Source: Legionellales bacterium (GTDB lineage: Bacteria > Pseudomonadota > Gammaproteobacteria > Berkiellales > Berkiellaceae). From it: a stretch of 44,563 bases of DNA. The DNA lies in NCBI GenBank assembly GCA_023266435.1, contig JAHFQF010000001.1, forward strand, positions 1 to 44,563, read 5' to 3'. The notes under the pieces were generated by a model. The model was not told where the DNA came from. It searched no databases and worked only from the letters and a program-made list of their open reading frames with translations. The position numbers were made by a program, and so were the translations under genes. Below are positions 1 to 8,985 of this stretch, in pieces (position 1 is the stretch's first letter; each line of letters starts with the position of its first letter).

Positions 1-377
1 TGTTCTTCTAAAGCCTCTTCTAATTCTTCTACAGGCTTACTGCGATATTGACAATCGGACAGCAAATTAGCAAGCGCTTCTTGCTCTTGGATCTCCGCTA
101 TCAATGCCGCTACATAGCGCTGGTGTGTCGCAATCGCATGCTCCCTATATAAAGCGCTAGCATACTGATTACATTCTGCAATACGAGAATCCAACACGGC
201 AGTTTTTAATAATTGGTGCAACCGCGCTTGTCTGGACAAACACTCCTGACTCAAGCGAAAAATACGGTGACTAAAACCTTGTTCGTCTTCAAAAAAGCCA
301 AAGCCCAACCAACGCTCATTGTAGTATTGGTCTGGCACACTTGCATTACTGGTATGTTCTAATAACAAAGAGGTCAT
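1..377 (-). CDS. hypothetical protein, N-terminal part only (gene runs off the left edge)
   Basis: Own minus-strand translation from ATG at 377-375: MTSLLLEHTSNASVPDQYYNERWLGFGFFEDEQGFSHRIFRLSQECLSRQARLHQLL... It stays open to position 1 (125 codons). It is absent from the ORF track because it has no stop in the window. No family recognised. Confidence 0.5.
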   Translation of the reverse strand, partial: MTSLLLEHTSNASVPDQYYNERWLGFGFFEDEQGFSHRIFRLSQECLSRQARLHQLLKTAVLDSRIAECNQYASALYREHAIATHQRYVAALIAEIQEQEALANLLSDCQYRSKPVEELEEALEE

Positions 378-425
378 AATGTCTGTCTATTTTGAAAACA
401 ATACCCCATGATACCAAAAGAGGCG

Positions 426-1901
426 TCATAAATCCAGTGTTTGAACGTCAGCTACCTTGATTTTTGGGCTGATTTTTTGCACCAAACTGGGTTTTAGCTG
501 ATGTGCGAACAATAAACACCCAAATAAGTTAGGTACGGAGATTAAAAATAGTAGAGCATCTGAGAACTGTAATACCGCTTGAAGGGACAGAATTCCGCCA
601 ATAGCGACCATACAACAAAAAAATAATTGATACAGCTTAGTGTGGTAAGCGCCAAAACCAAACAAATATTGCCAGCCAATTTGCCCATAATAAGACCAGG
701 CTAAGATAGTGGTAAACCCAAATAGAAAAATGACTATAGACAGCGGATATAACAACCAAGGATAGTAATTTGCAAATGCTTGGCTGGTCAGGCGTACTCC
801 TGCCTCTGTCGGTAATGCATGACCCGGCAAGATCAACGTCACTGTCAATAATAGAGCGGTTGTGCTGCAGACGATCATAGTCGCCAGAAACGGCTCCATC
901 AAAGAAATAATCCCCTGATCGATAGGATCGGCTGTTTTAGCAGCACTGTGCGCAATCGCTGCAGAGCCTACACCAGCCTCATTTGTAAAAATAGCTCGTT
1001 GAAAACCGATGACCACAGCACCGAGCGCTCCCCCTGAAGCGCTTTTTACGCTCCACGCATCCTGCCAAATCAGGGCAAGCGCCTGAGGTAACAGGCGTAT
1101 TTTCCAAAAAATAATGATGAAGGCTGTGAGTAAGTAAAAAATAATCATAAAGGGTACTAATTTTTCTGCCACGCGCCCAATGTTTTTAATTCCGCCTAAA
1201 ATAACTAAGGCAACCACAAAAGCAATACTGCAACCAATACCAAATAATACGCCTCCAGACTCTAGATCCCAGTGCATAACAAAAGCTAATTGATGGCTAA
1301 TTTGATTAGACTGAAAAGTGGCGCCTATGCCAAATGCGCAAATTAAAATACCCATGGCATAAAAACGACCTAAAAACCGACCTAGTTTGGGCCAATGATA
1401 GGCTTTCAATCCTTTCTCTAAAAAATACATGGGGCCACCAGCGACGGTGCCATTTGCCAATGTTTGACGATGCATCACACCTAACGCACACTCTGTCATT
1501 TTAATGGGCATGGCTAAAAATCCAGCCAGAATGATCCAAACCAACGTCCCTGGCCCGCCCACGGCAATCGCTACTGCAACACCACCGATACTCCCTAAGC
1601 CGACCGTGCCAGACAATGCAGTCGTGAGTGCTTGAAAATGAGACATGTCGCCTTTGGTATCTGACTTTGCCAATGATTTCTGCACAAGCAAGCGAAAGGC
1701 ATGCGGCAATCCAAATACGTTAATCAATCTAAAATAGAGTGAAAAATAAATCCCCGTGGCCATAAAAAATAATACGATGAGGGGAAAAGGTGTGTCCCCT
1801 AATTGCACCGTATAAAATACATAATCCGACAGTCGTTCACTGATTATAGAAAATAGCACACTGCTACGTTGAATCATTGAAAGTATCGTTTCTAAAAACA
1901 T
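426..1901 (-). CDS. alanine/glycine:cation symporter (AGCS family amino-acid carrier)
   Basis: 491-aa polytopic membrane ORF with ATG start. The conserved AGCS stretches 'MSHFQALTTALSGTVGLGSIGGVAVAIAVGGPGTLVWI' and 'FTNEAGVGSAAIAHSAAKT' are present. Confidence 0.88.
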   Translation of the reverse strand: MFLETILSMIQRSSVLFSIISERLSDYVFYTVQLGDTPFPLIVLFFMATGIYFSLYFRLINVFGLPHAFRLLVQKSLAKSDTKGDMSHFQALTTALSGTVGLGSIGGVAVAIAVGGPGTLVWIILAGFLAMPIKMTECALGVMHRQTLANGTVAGGPMYFLEKGLKAYHWPKLGRFLGRFYAMGILICAFGIGATFQSNQISHQLAFVMHWDLESGGVLFGIGCSIAFVVALVILGGIKNIGRVAEKLVPFMIIFYLLTAFIIIFWKIRLLPQALALIWQDAWSVKSASGGALGAVVIGFQRAIFTNEAGVGSAAIAHSAAKTADPIDQGIISLMEPFLATMIVCSTTALLLTVTLILPGHALPTEAGVRLTSQAFANYYPWLLYPLSIVIFLFGFTTILAWSYYGQIGWQYLFGFGAYHTKLYQLFFCCMVAIGGILSLQAVLQFSDALLFLISVPNLFGCLLFAHQLKPSLVQKISPKIKVADVQTLDL

Positions 1902-1996
1902 ACCAGGGCTGCCTGTAAGTGTTTAATATTAGGGGCCTGTGTAGTTGCTCAATCTACCAAACCCTCCGAGCTACTATACCTTTTGAATGATTACGC

Positions 1997-2923
1997 TTAT
2001 CCTTCTAAGAGCGATAAGATGCGTTGTTTCATGCCGTCTGGATTTTTAATCAATACCACTGTACCTGCCTTAGGTAGCAATGTTGCTTCTAATCGAGATA
2101 ACCAGAACCGCATTGCTGCGATCAGAGACATTTTTTTAAACTGAGATTGCTCTACTAACGTTAATGGCCGTAACAGCTCATAAGCTTGTAATAAAGCTTG
2201 CTGTTTTTTTCGGCTTAATTGCCCGTTTTCCTCATAACACCAGTCGTTGAGTACAATCACCAGATCATAAAGAAAAGTACCGTAACAAGCATAGTAAAAA
2301 TCGATAATACCACTTAGCTCTCCCTTGTCAAAGAGGGCATTGTCTCGAAAGAGATCTGCATGAATCATGCCATGAGGCAACTCATGCCAAGGGATTTCCT
2401 CAAAACAGTTGTTTAGCTTTGTGAGTAACTCCTGCTCAGATACAGAGAGCTTAGGCAGGCAAGCTTGACTAGCCTGTGTACGCCAAGCCTCTCCCATGGG
2501 ATCGGGAATGTGATCACTATACATACTTCCTTTGAGATGTAATCTTGCGAGGGCTGTGCCAATTTGACTGCAGTGTTTTGCCTGCACTCGTTGTAGCGTA
2601 TTCCCTTTTAAGCATTCAATGATTGCGCAAGGTTTTCCCTGTATGCGATGTGAAACTAGCTGGCCAGCTTTATCTGATATCGGTTGCGCGCAAGTGACCC
2701 CTTGTATTTTAAGGTATTGAGTCAACCTTAGGTACCGCTCTACCATGTCTTGATCTAGGCTTTCATACACTGTCAAAATATAACGCCCTTGATCAGTAAA
2801 GAGCCAATAGTTACTGTTTGCAGTACCTGCGCGAATCCCAGCAAAAGATTGCACCGAGCCAAGAGAATAGTGCATCATGAGCTGATTTAGCGTTTTAGTA
2901 TCAACTTCGGTATATACAGACAT
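1997..2923 (-). CDS. thrB: homoserine kinase, type II (APH-fold, Pseudomonas-type ThrB)
   Basis: 308 aa. N-terminus 'MSVYTEVDTKTLNQLMMHYSLGSVQSFAGIRAGTANSNYWLFTDQGRYILTVYE' and catalytic loop 'IHADLFRDN' fit type II homoserine kinase. It is divergent from polA, as in pseudomonads. Confidence 0.85.
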   Translation of the reverse strand: MSVYTEVDTKTLNQLMMHYSLGSVQSFAGIRAGTANSNYWLFTDQGRYILTVYESLDQDMVERYLRLTQYLKIQGVTCAQPISDKAGQLVSHRIQGKPCAIIECLKGNTLQRVQAKHCSQIGTALARLHLKGSMYSDHIPDPMGEAWRTQASQACLPKLSVSEQELLTKLNNCFEEIPWHELPHGMIHADLFRDNALFDKGELSGIIDFYYACYGTFLYDLVIVLNDWCYEENGQLSRKKQQALLQAYELLRPLTLVEQSQFKKMSLIAAMRFWLSRLEATLLPKAGTVVLIKNPDGMKQRILSLLEG

Positions 2924-3113
2924 ATATTATTAAGCTTTTATATAGTCGTCGCACTTGATTCTTAGGCATTGTTATCTGCGTCTACTCGCAATCCTTAGGT
3001 ACTATGTTGTATCCAGTGGCTCGTGACTTGGCGCCCAGCCTAAATTAATCGCTTTGACTATAGGATCCTTTAGCTCACTATATACCGACAGCCTTGGAAA
3101 GGAAAACTTAATC

Positions 3114-5813
3114 ATGGCAGTTAACCTGGTAGAAAAAAAATCTTTTATCTTGGTGGATGGTTCATCCTATTTATTTCGGGCTTATCATGCCATGCCTCCT
3201 TTGGTCAATGCAGAAGGCAAACCAACTGGCGCCATTTACGGGGTCATCAATATGCTGCGCAGATTGATCAAAGAAACACAGCCGCACCCTGTCACAGTCG
3301 TGTTTGATACTAAACAAAAGAATTTTCGACATGAGCTGTTTCCTGACTATAAAGCCAATCGCGCTGAGATGCCTGAGGACCTCGCGGAACAAATTGCACC
3401 ATTACACCGCCTCATTCAAGCCATGGGATTACCCTTGGTCGCTGTGCCAGGTATAGAGGCAGATGATGTCATTGCCACCTTAGCCTTTGAGGCAAAAACT
3501 GCTGGATATCAAGTGGTTATTTCAACGGGGGATAAGGATTTTGCTCAGCTGGTTGGTGAAGACATTACTTTAGTAAACACCATGACCAATACCATCATGG
3601 ACGAAGCCGCTGTTTTAGAAAAATTCGGTGTACAACCTAACCAAATCATTGATTACTTGGCTTTGGTTGGAGACTCAGTAGACAATGTCCCAGGCATTCC
3701 TAAAGTGGGTCCGAAAACAGCACAAAAGTGGCTGAATACGTATGGTTCGCTTGATAATCTCATTACACACCAACAAGAGCTGCCAGGGAAAGTGGGGGAA
3801 AACTTTAGAACCCATCTTTCTCAATTAGCACTTTCGAAGGCTCTGGTGACTATTCGGCATGATTTTCCGCTACCTGTTTCTTTTGCTGCACTACAACCAG
3901 CCCCGCCAGAAACCGATACGTTGATGACGCTTTTCAAACAACTGGGCTTTAATTCATGGTTAAAAGATTTGGATAGCCTTTCAGCAGCAGAACAAAAAGT
4001 CTCTGATCATCACTATGTGTGTATTACAGAAAAACAGCAATTACAAGACTGGATTGATAAGTTGCACAAAGCAGACTATATCGCTATCGACACGGAAACA
4101 ACAGGATTGGATCCTTTTCAAGCAAGGTTAGTGGGCATTTCTTTGTCAGTACAACCCGGAGAAGCTGCTTATTTACCGATCGCTCATGATTATGAGGGAG
4201 CACCTCTGCAATTACCTTTTGGATTGGTATATGATTTATTACAGCCTATATTTGGCGACAAAACTAAGCGACTTATTGGGCATAATTTGAAGTTTGATTA
4301 TCAAGTCCTCATGCAGGCAGGCTTTATATTGCCCGATCCTTTTTTTGACACCATGGTTGCGTCTTATGTATTAAATAGCGTATCCAGCCGACATGACTTA
4401 AAAAGCGTGGTCAAACAATATCTCAATGAAGAGATGTTGACGTACGAGTCCATCACCCAAACTGGAAATAAACAAGTCGGCTTTGAAAAAGTTGCGTTGA
4501 CTGTGGCCACACAATACTCAGCGGCCGATGCTGACATGGCTCTACGATTGTATCATTATTTTTCACCGTTACTGACGGCTGACTCTGGTTTAAACCGCGT
4601 GTTTTATGAGATTGATATGCCACTAGTCCCCGTGTTGATCGACATGGAGCAAACTGGGATACAGATTGATTGTGATCTGCTAGCGACACAATCCACTTCC
4701 CTTGCACAAAAGCTTGAAAAACTAGAAGAACAAATCTTTTGCTTAGCAGGAGAGTCTTTTAACATCAACTCCCCCAAGCAACTACAAACTATTTTATATG
4801 AAAAGCTCAATCTCCCTATGCTGCAAAAGACTCCTACTGGACAACCTTCTACAGCCGAGCCGGTGTTAGCTGAGCTAGCCAAAAACTATGAATTACCGAA
4901 ATTAATCTTGGAGTATCGCTCCTATCAAAAATTAAAGTCTACTTATACAGACAAATTACCATTACAGGTTAACGCTAAAACAAAGCGTGTTCATACTTCT
5001 TACCATCAAGCCATTACGGCAACAGGTAGGTTATCTTCTTCTGATCCGAATCTACAGAATATTCCCATTCGTACTGAAGAGGGCCGACAAATACGAAAAG
5101 CTTTCATTACTACAACTGGGTGGCAATTACTGTCTGCGGACTACTCTCAAGTTGAGTTGCGCATCATGGCACATCTTTCTAAAGACAAGGGACTGCTGGC
5201 TGCCTTTCAGGCCAATGAAGACATTCATGCTAGAACAGCCAGTGAAATTTTTGGCGTACCACTTGATGCTGTGACTAAGGATCAACGTCGACATGCTAAA
5301 GCAGTGAATTTTGGTCTGATTTATGGCATGTCTGCCTTTGGTCTTGCTAACCAAATAGAAAGTAATCGAGAAACTGCGCAGTCTTACATTGACCATTATT
5401 TTGAGCGGTTCCCTGGCGTAAAAACCTATATGGAAGAAACTCGCGCTAAAGCACATGAGCATGGATGCGTTGAAACCTTATTTGGCCGAAAGCTGCAATT
5501 ACCGGACATTCGATCTAAAAACTTAGCCTTTCGTCGTCAAGCGGAGCGCGCTGCTATCAATGCGCCAATGCAAGGCACGGCTGCTGATATTATTAAAATA
5601 GCTATGAGAAAAATTCATGTCTGGTGCGAATCACATAGTTCAGAAATTCGCTTATTATTGCAAGTACATGACGAGTTGATTTTTGAGGTGAAACAATCTT
5701 TCGTGGAAACAGCACGGCTTGCAATACGTGAGATGATGCAAACTGTGGATGAATTAAACGTACCATTACTGGTTGAAATCGGTGTGGGATCAAACTGGGA
5801 TGAGGCACATTAG
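3114..5813 (+). CDS. polA: DNA polymerase I
   Basis: Four motifs support the call: 5'-nuclease 'LVDGSSYLFRAYHAMPPL', 3'-5' exo 'AIDTETTGLDP', motif B 'RRHAKAVNFGLIYGMSAFGL' and motif C 'LLLQVHDELIFEV'. I chose the ATG at 3114 (MAVNLVEKKSFILVDGSSY) because it aligns with the E. coli PolI N-terminus and follows GGAAAGGAAAA. The track's TTG at 3054 adds 20 unsupported residues. Confidence 0.96.
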   Translation: MAVNLVEKKSFILVDGSSYLFRAYHAMPPLVNAEGKPTGAIYGVINMLRRLIKETQPHPVTVVFDTKQKNFRHELFPDYKANRAEMPEDLAEQIAPLHRLIQAMGLPLVAVPGIEADDVIATLAFEAKTAGYQVVISTGDKDFAQLVGEDITLVNTMTNTIMDEAAVLEKFGVQPNQIIDYLALVGDSVDNVPGIPKVGPKTAQKWLNTYGSLDNLITHQQELPGKVGENFRTHLSQLALSKALVTIRHDFPLPVSFAALQPAPPETDTLMTLFKQLGFNSWLKDLDSLSAAEQKVSDHHYVCITEKQQLQDWIDKLHKADYIAIDTETTGLDPFQARLVGISLSVQPGEAAYLPIAHDYEGAPLQLPFGLVYDLLQPIFGDKTKRLIGHNLKFDYQVLMQAGFILPDPFFDTMVASYVLNSVSSRHDLKSVVKQYLNEEMLTYESITQTGNKQVGFEKVALTVATQYSAADADMALRLYHYFSPLLTADSGLNRVFYEIDMPLVPVLIDMEQTGIQIDCDLLATQSTSLAQKLEKLEEQIFCLAGESFNINSPKQLQTILYEKLNLPMLQKTPTGQPSTAEPVLAELAKNYELPKLILEYRSYQKLKSTYTDKLPLQVNAKTKRVHTSYHQAITATGRLSSSDPNLQNIPIRTEEGRQIRKAFITTTGWQLLSADYSQVELRIMAHLSKDKGLLAAFQANEDIHARTASEIFGVPLDAVTKDQRRHAKAVNFGLIYGMSAFGLANQIESNRETAQSYIDHYFERFPGVKTYMEETRAKAHEHGCVETLFGRKLQLPDIRSKNLAFRRQAERAAINAPMQGTAADIIKIAMRKIHVWCESHSSEIRLLLQVHDELIFEVKQSFVETARLAIREMMQTVDELNVPLLVEIGVGSNWDEAH

Positions 5814-5822
5814 AAGGCTGCC

Positions 5823-5968
5823 GAGCTGACGCAAACAACGACGTATACTCAAACTCATTTGCTTTTAGACTAGGCGTTGAGCCGTGAGCAACCGGAACGT
5901 ACTGTAGTACTTGAGGATTGCGAGCTGGCGAAAACAACTCAGTATAAAAGCAAATGAGTTTGAGTATA
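5823..5968. repeat. hairpin-forming extragenic repeat, copy A, between the convergent polA and engB genes
   Basis: Perfect 23-nt inverted repeat: 5844-5866 'tatactcaaactcatttgctttt' and 5946-5968 'aaaagcaaatgagtttgagtata'. One further A-T pair extends it inward. The arms enclose a core (5870-5924) that is about 75% identical to 13867-13923, with the blocks ctaggcgttgag, tgagcaacc and tgaggattgcgag identical. There is also an internal direct repeat: gagctgacgcaaacaacgacg at 5823-5843 and gagctggcgaaaacaactcag at 5922-5942. Confidence 0.8.
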
Positions 5969-5974
5969 TAAAGT

Positions 5975-6598
5975 TTACTCAGGCAGACGAAACCACGCGC
6001 TCAGTTTGTCTTGTAGTGCCTCTAGCCCATACCCCATCTGTGCAGAGAATGTTTGCACAGTGATTTTATCGTAGGCTGACAGCATTTGTTGAACTTTTAG
6101 TTGGGTCTGATTAGCGGGGCCTCGATTTAATTTATCGCATTTGGTGAGCACAATGTGCATGGGCAGACTCAGCTCTGTTGCCAGATCGATTAGGTTTTGA
6201 TCGGAGGGTGTTAGGGGGTGACGAATATCCATAATCACGATAAGACCTTGTAGGCATTGTCGTTGTGACAGGTATTCGGAGAGCATGGTTTGAATTTGTT
6301 GTTTGGTTTTTTCGCTGACTTTAGCGTAACCGTAACCAGGCAGATCGACGAGCCTGCATTCTGGGGTGATTTCATAAAAGTTAATTAGCTGTGTTCTGCC
6401 TGGGGTTTTGCTGGTTTTCGCCAAGCGACTTTGTTCGCATAGGGTGTTAATCAGGCTAGATTTGCCCGAATTTGAACGTCCGATACAGGCAATTTCTACC
6501 CCTGTATCGTCTGGGCATTGTGCAAGTCGTGGTGCGCTTTTTAAAAAAGTGGCCTGCCTAAAATTCATGGTAATATCAAGGGGTGGCTGGTTTAACAT
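5975..6598 (-). CDS. engB: ribosome-biogenesis GTPase EngB/YihA
   Basis: G1 'GRSNSGKSSLINTL' and G3 'DLPGYGYA' are present, along with 'KTSKTPGRTQLINFY'. The start is uncertain: ATG at 6598 or ATG at 6568 (MNFRQATFLKSAP, closer to E. coli YihA length). Neither has a clear SD. Confidence 0.92.
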   Translation of the reverse strand: MLNQPPLDITMNFRQATFLKSAPRLAQCPDDTGVEIACIGRSNSGKSSLINTLCEQSRLAKTSKTPGRTQLINFYEITPECRLVDLPGYGYAKVSEKTKQQIQTMLSEYLSQRQCLQGLIVIMDIRHPLTPSDQNLIDLATELSLPMHIVLTKCDKLNRGPANQTQLKVQQMLSAYDKITVQTFSAQMGYGLEALQDKLSAWFRLPE

Positions 6599-6620
6599 AG
6601 GTATGATCTTTAATAACTAG

Positions 6621-6649
6621 TTGACTCACCATCTTTCGGTTGGTATAAG
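6621..6649 (+). promoter_or_regulatory. candidate sigma70 promoter for the cytochrome c4-dsbA operon
   Basis: TTGACT (6621-6626), a 17-nt spacer, then TATAAG (6644-6649). It lies about 80 nt upstream of the ATG at 6728. Sequence pattern only. Confidence 0.45.
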
Positions 6650-6727
6650 TGAGCAAAATTTTTGATTCGATGTTAGTTTACCATTATTCTATATTCAAAA
6701 CGAAATAAACAGTGGGTTTACGATTTT

Positions 6728-7366
6728 ATGAAGTTATTTAGAAATGCAATGTTAGTTTTCTTGTTTCTTTCCGGCGGCGCGTGGTGCATTCAGGGCGATC
6801 CCGTGGCTGGACAAAAGAAATCTGCTGTCTGCGTGGCATGCCATGAAGCCGATGGAAACAGTGTGAATCCTATCTGGCCGAAAATCGCTGGGCAACACGC
6901 TAATTACTTTTTTGCACAATTGGTTGAAATGCGCAAAGGGGATGCGGGCCTGCGACAAGGCCCCTTGATGTACCCCATTATCCAGAACATGACTGATCAA
7001 GATTTTATGGATTTGGCAGCATTTTATGCCACTCAACCCATGTCCTCTGGGGACGCCGAGAGCACTTCTGTGGCTTTAGGGGAGCGCATTTATCGTGGCG
7101 GTAATGCAAACTCTGGCGTGAGCGCCTGTGCCGCCTGTCATGGTCCCGATGGAATGGGTAATGAGGCAGCAAAGTTTCCTCGTGTCGCCGGTCAACATGC
7201 TGAATATTTAACTATACAACTGCAAAAGTTTGCAGCAGGTATCAGAAAAAACAGCCCCAACCAAATGATGCATGCCATTGCAAAACGCATGACTGAAGAA
7301 GAAATTAAAGCAGTTAGCCAATATATGTCAGGCCTAGATTTTCCCAGTAAGACGGAGTCACCATGA
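6728..7366 (+). CDS. di-haem cytochrome c4
   Basis: N-terminal signal peptide and two CxxCH haem sites ('CVACHEADG', 'CAACHGPDG'), each followed by a distal Met region. The engB / cc4 / dsbA neighbourhood is typical. Confidence 0.9.
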   Translation: MKLFRNAMLVFLFLSGGAWCIQGDPVAGQKKSAVCVACHEADGNSVNPIWPKIAGQHANYFFAQLVEMRKGDAGLRQGPLMYPIIQNMTDQDFMDLAAFYATQPMSSGDAESTSVALGERIYRGGNANSGVSACAACHGPDGMGNEAAKFPRVAGQHAEYLTIQLQKFAAGIRKNSPNQMMHAIAKRMTEEEIKAVSQYMSGLDFPSKTESP

Positions 7367-8025
7367 AATTGCTTCGGAACATATGGCTGTTAGGGATAGC
7401 GCTCTTATTCTCCACCTGGGCCCACGCGAACTCTGCTTATCAAGAGGGCTCGCATTATGTGAATATCGCGCCTCAGATAGCAGAAAATTATGTCGTCCAG
7501 GAATTTTTTAAGTCTGACAAGCATTCCGTGCAAGTCTTAGAGTTTTTTAATTATGGTTGCCATTGGTGCTATGAATTAGAACCTTTATTGCAGACTTGGT
7601 TACAAGATAAAACCGCCAGCAATTTTGCTTTTCGCAGAGTGCCCGTGGTCTTTCATCCGGCTTGGCGCCCATTGGCTAAAGCGTATTACACAGCGTTTAG
7701 TTTAGAAAACAATACAGTCATTGACGCTGCCTTTTTTAAAGCGCTGCATGAGGAACAGAGAACGCTAATGGAAACCGAACAAATTCAAAAACTTTTTACG
7801 GAGCAAGGCGTTTCCCGTGAAATCTTTGATAAGACTTACGGATCCTTTTCAGTGAATCGCCAATTGAAAGAAGCGAATCAGCTGGCAGTCGCCCTCCGCA
7901 TTGCAGCCATTCCGTTTTTAATTGTGCATGGCCCCAAGGGAACCTATGCTACCGCCCCCAGCATGGCTGGTAATCACGAAAATACAATCCACATACTGGA
8001 GGAGCTAGTCAAAAAAGTACAATAG
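7363..8025 (+). CDS. dsbA: thiol:disulfide interchange protein DsbA
   Basis: Signal peptide and thioredoxin-fold active site 'YGCHWCYELEP' (CxxC). The start overlaps the cc4 stop by 4 nt (ATGA), implying translational coupling. Confidence 0.9.
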   Translation: MKLLRNIWLLGIALLFSTWAHANSAYQEGSHYVNIAPQIAENYVVQEFFKSDKHSVQVLEFFNYGCHWCYELEPLLQTWLQDKTASNFAFRRVPVVFHPAWRPLAKAYYTAFSLENNTVIDAAFFKALHEEQRTLMETEQIQKLFTEQGVSREIFDKTYGSFSVNRQLKEANQLAVALRIAAIPFLIVHGPKGTYATAPSMAGNHENTIHILEELVKKVQ

Positions 8026-8056
8026 CGCCTTTATTAATAGGTTGGCGCTCTTTCTG

Positions 8057-8935
8057 CTAAGGCATATAGAGTGCCAACAACTCCCCTACCTTCACTCTTT
8101 TCTTCGAGTTACAGCTGATGTTTCTTTGCACTGAAAAAGTCATTAATTTTGCTGGCCGATACAGTTCTCTGGTGATAGGCAGATCATGATTGCTAATTAA
8201 GACTGTACATCCTCTTTTAACAGCCAAACAGGCGCTTTCTGCCAATTGTATTTGTTCCTCTAGACCAAATGGATGATAGTACCCTGTGAAATTTGCCGTC
8301 TTACTTAAAGGCACATAGGGCGGGTCACAATAAATCACTGCGCCTCGTGGCGCCTCTCGAATCACGTCAGAAAAGTGTGCGCACCTCAAGCTAATTTTGC
8401 TTTTTTGACTTAGCTCTAAAAAATGTAAAATTTCCTTATGTGGGAAATAAGGGCGCACATAATAACCAAAGGGCACATTATAAAGTCCTTTGTTATTGTA
8501 CCGACATAGACCATTGTAGCCATGCCGATTTAAATATAAAAATAAAGCGGCTTTATCTTGCGCATCTGTGGTGGTATTAAACTGCGTGCGCAGTTGATAA
8601 TAACGTCGTGCATTATTATTTTTAGGCTGAAAGAAACTTTCAAAGTGATCAAGGCAGGCAGTGCCCACTATTTGAATGTATTGATACAAATTCATCAAGT
8701 CAGGATTAATATCATTGACTACACATTGTGGAAACACCGTATTAAAGAAAACCGAGCCAGCACCAACAAAGGGTTCTACCAAACACTGTTTTTGAGGCAA
8801 ATGTGGCAAAATATGGGACAGTAACCGAAACTTACCGCCTGGCCACTTTAGAAAAGGCCGATGGCGTGCTACTGTATCAAGCTGGATTTGAGACACGGAT
8901 TTCCCTCTCTGCGTTTTTAACCACGACACACTCAT
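8057..8935 (-). CDS. dam: DNA adenine methyltransferase (Dam family, predicted GATC-specific)
   Basis: 'KWPGGKFRLL', SAM-binding 'VEPFVGAGSVFFN' and catalytic 'YCDPPYVPLS' (DPPY) occur in the order typical of Dam/alpha-class N6-MTases. No restriction endonuclease gene is adjacent. Confidence 0.88.
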   Translation of the reverse strand: MSVSWLKTQRGKSVSQIQLDTVARHRPFLKWPGGKFRLLSHILPHLPQKQCLVEPFVGAGSVFFNTVFPQCVVNDINPDLMNLYQYIQIVGTACLDHFESFFQPKNNNARRYYQLRTQFNTTTDAQDKAALFLYLNRHGYNGLCRYNNKGLYNVPFGYYVRPYFPHKEILHFLELSQKSKISLRCAHFSDVIREAPRGAVIYCDPPYVPLSKTANFTGYYHPFGLEEQIQLAESACLAVKRGCTVLISNHDLPITRELYRPAKLMTFSVQRNISCNSKKRVKVGELLALYMP

Positions 8936-8985
8936 CAGAGTAAGAGTATAGCGAAAAGCAGGGATCGCGACGAGAGGTTCATTGG

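Noticed and set aside
3054-3113. N-terminal extensions proposed by the ORF track for polA, and likewise for glmS 26234-26272, glmU 27691-27738, atpG 30608-30640, atpA 32163-32174, yidC 42238-42297, kbl 20123-20155, yedK 20097-20114 and the MFS gene 17400-17504
   Set aside because: Alignment with well-known orthologue N-termini places the starts at the downstream codons. Examples are MCGIIGG for GlmS and MCGRFAL for SRAP. The extensions carry no conserved sequence.
5602-5937. 111-aa minus-strand ORF spanning the polA 3' end and the intergenic repeat
   Set aside because: It overlaps polA coding sequence antisense and runs through the hairpin repeat. There is no SD and no recognisable protein features.
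8024-8049. Weak hairpin agcgcc-N14-ggcgct between dsbA and dam, and a similar weak one at 27751-27776 after atpC
   Set aside because: The stems are only 6-7 bp, the loops are large (12-14 nt), and there is no clear U-tract. That is too weak to call a terminator.
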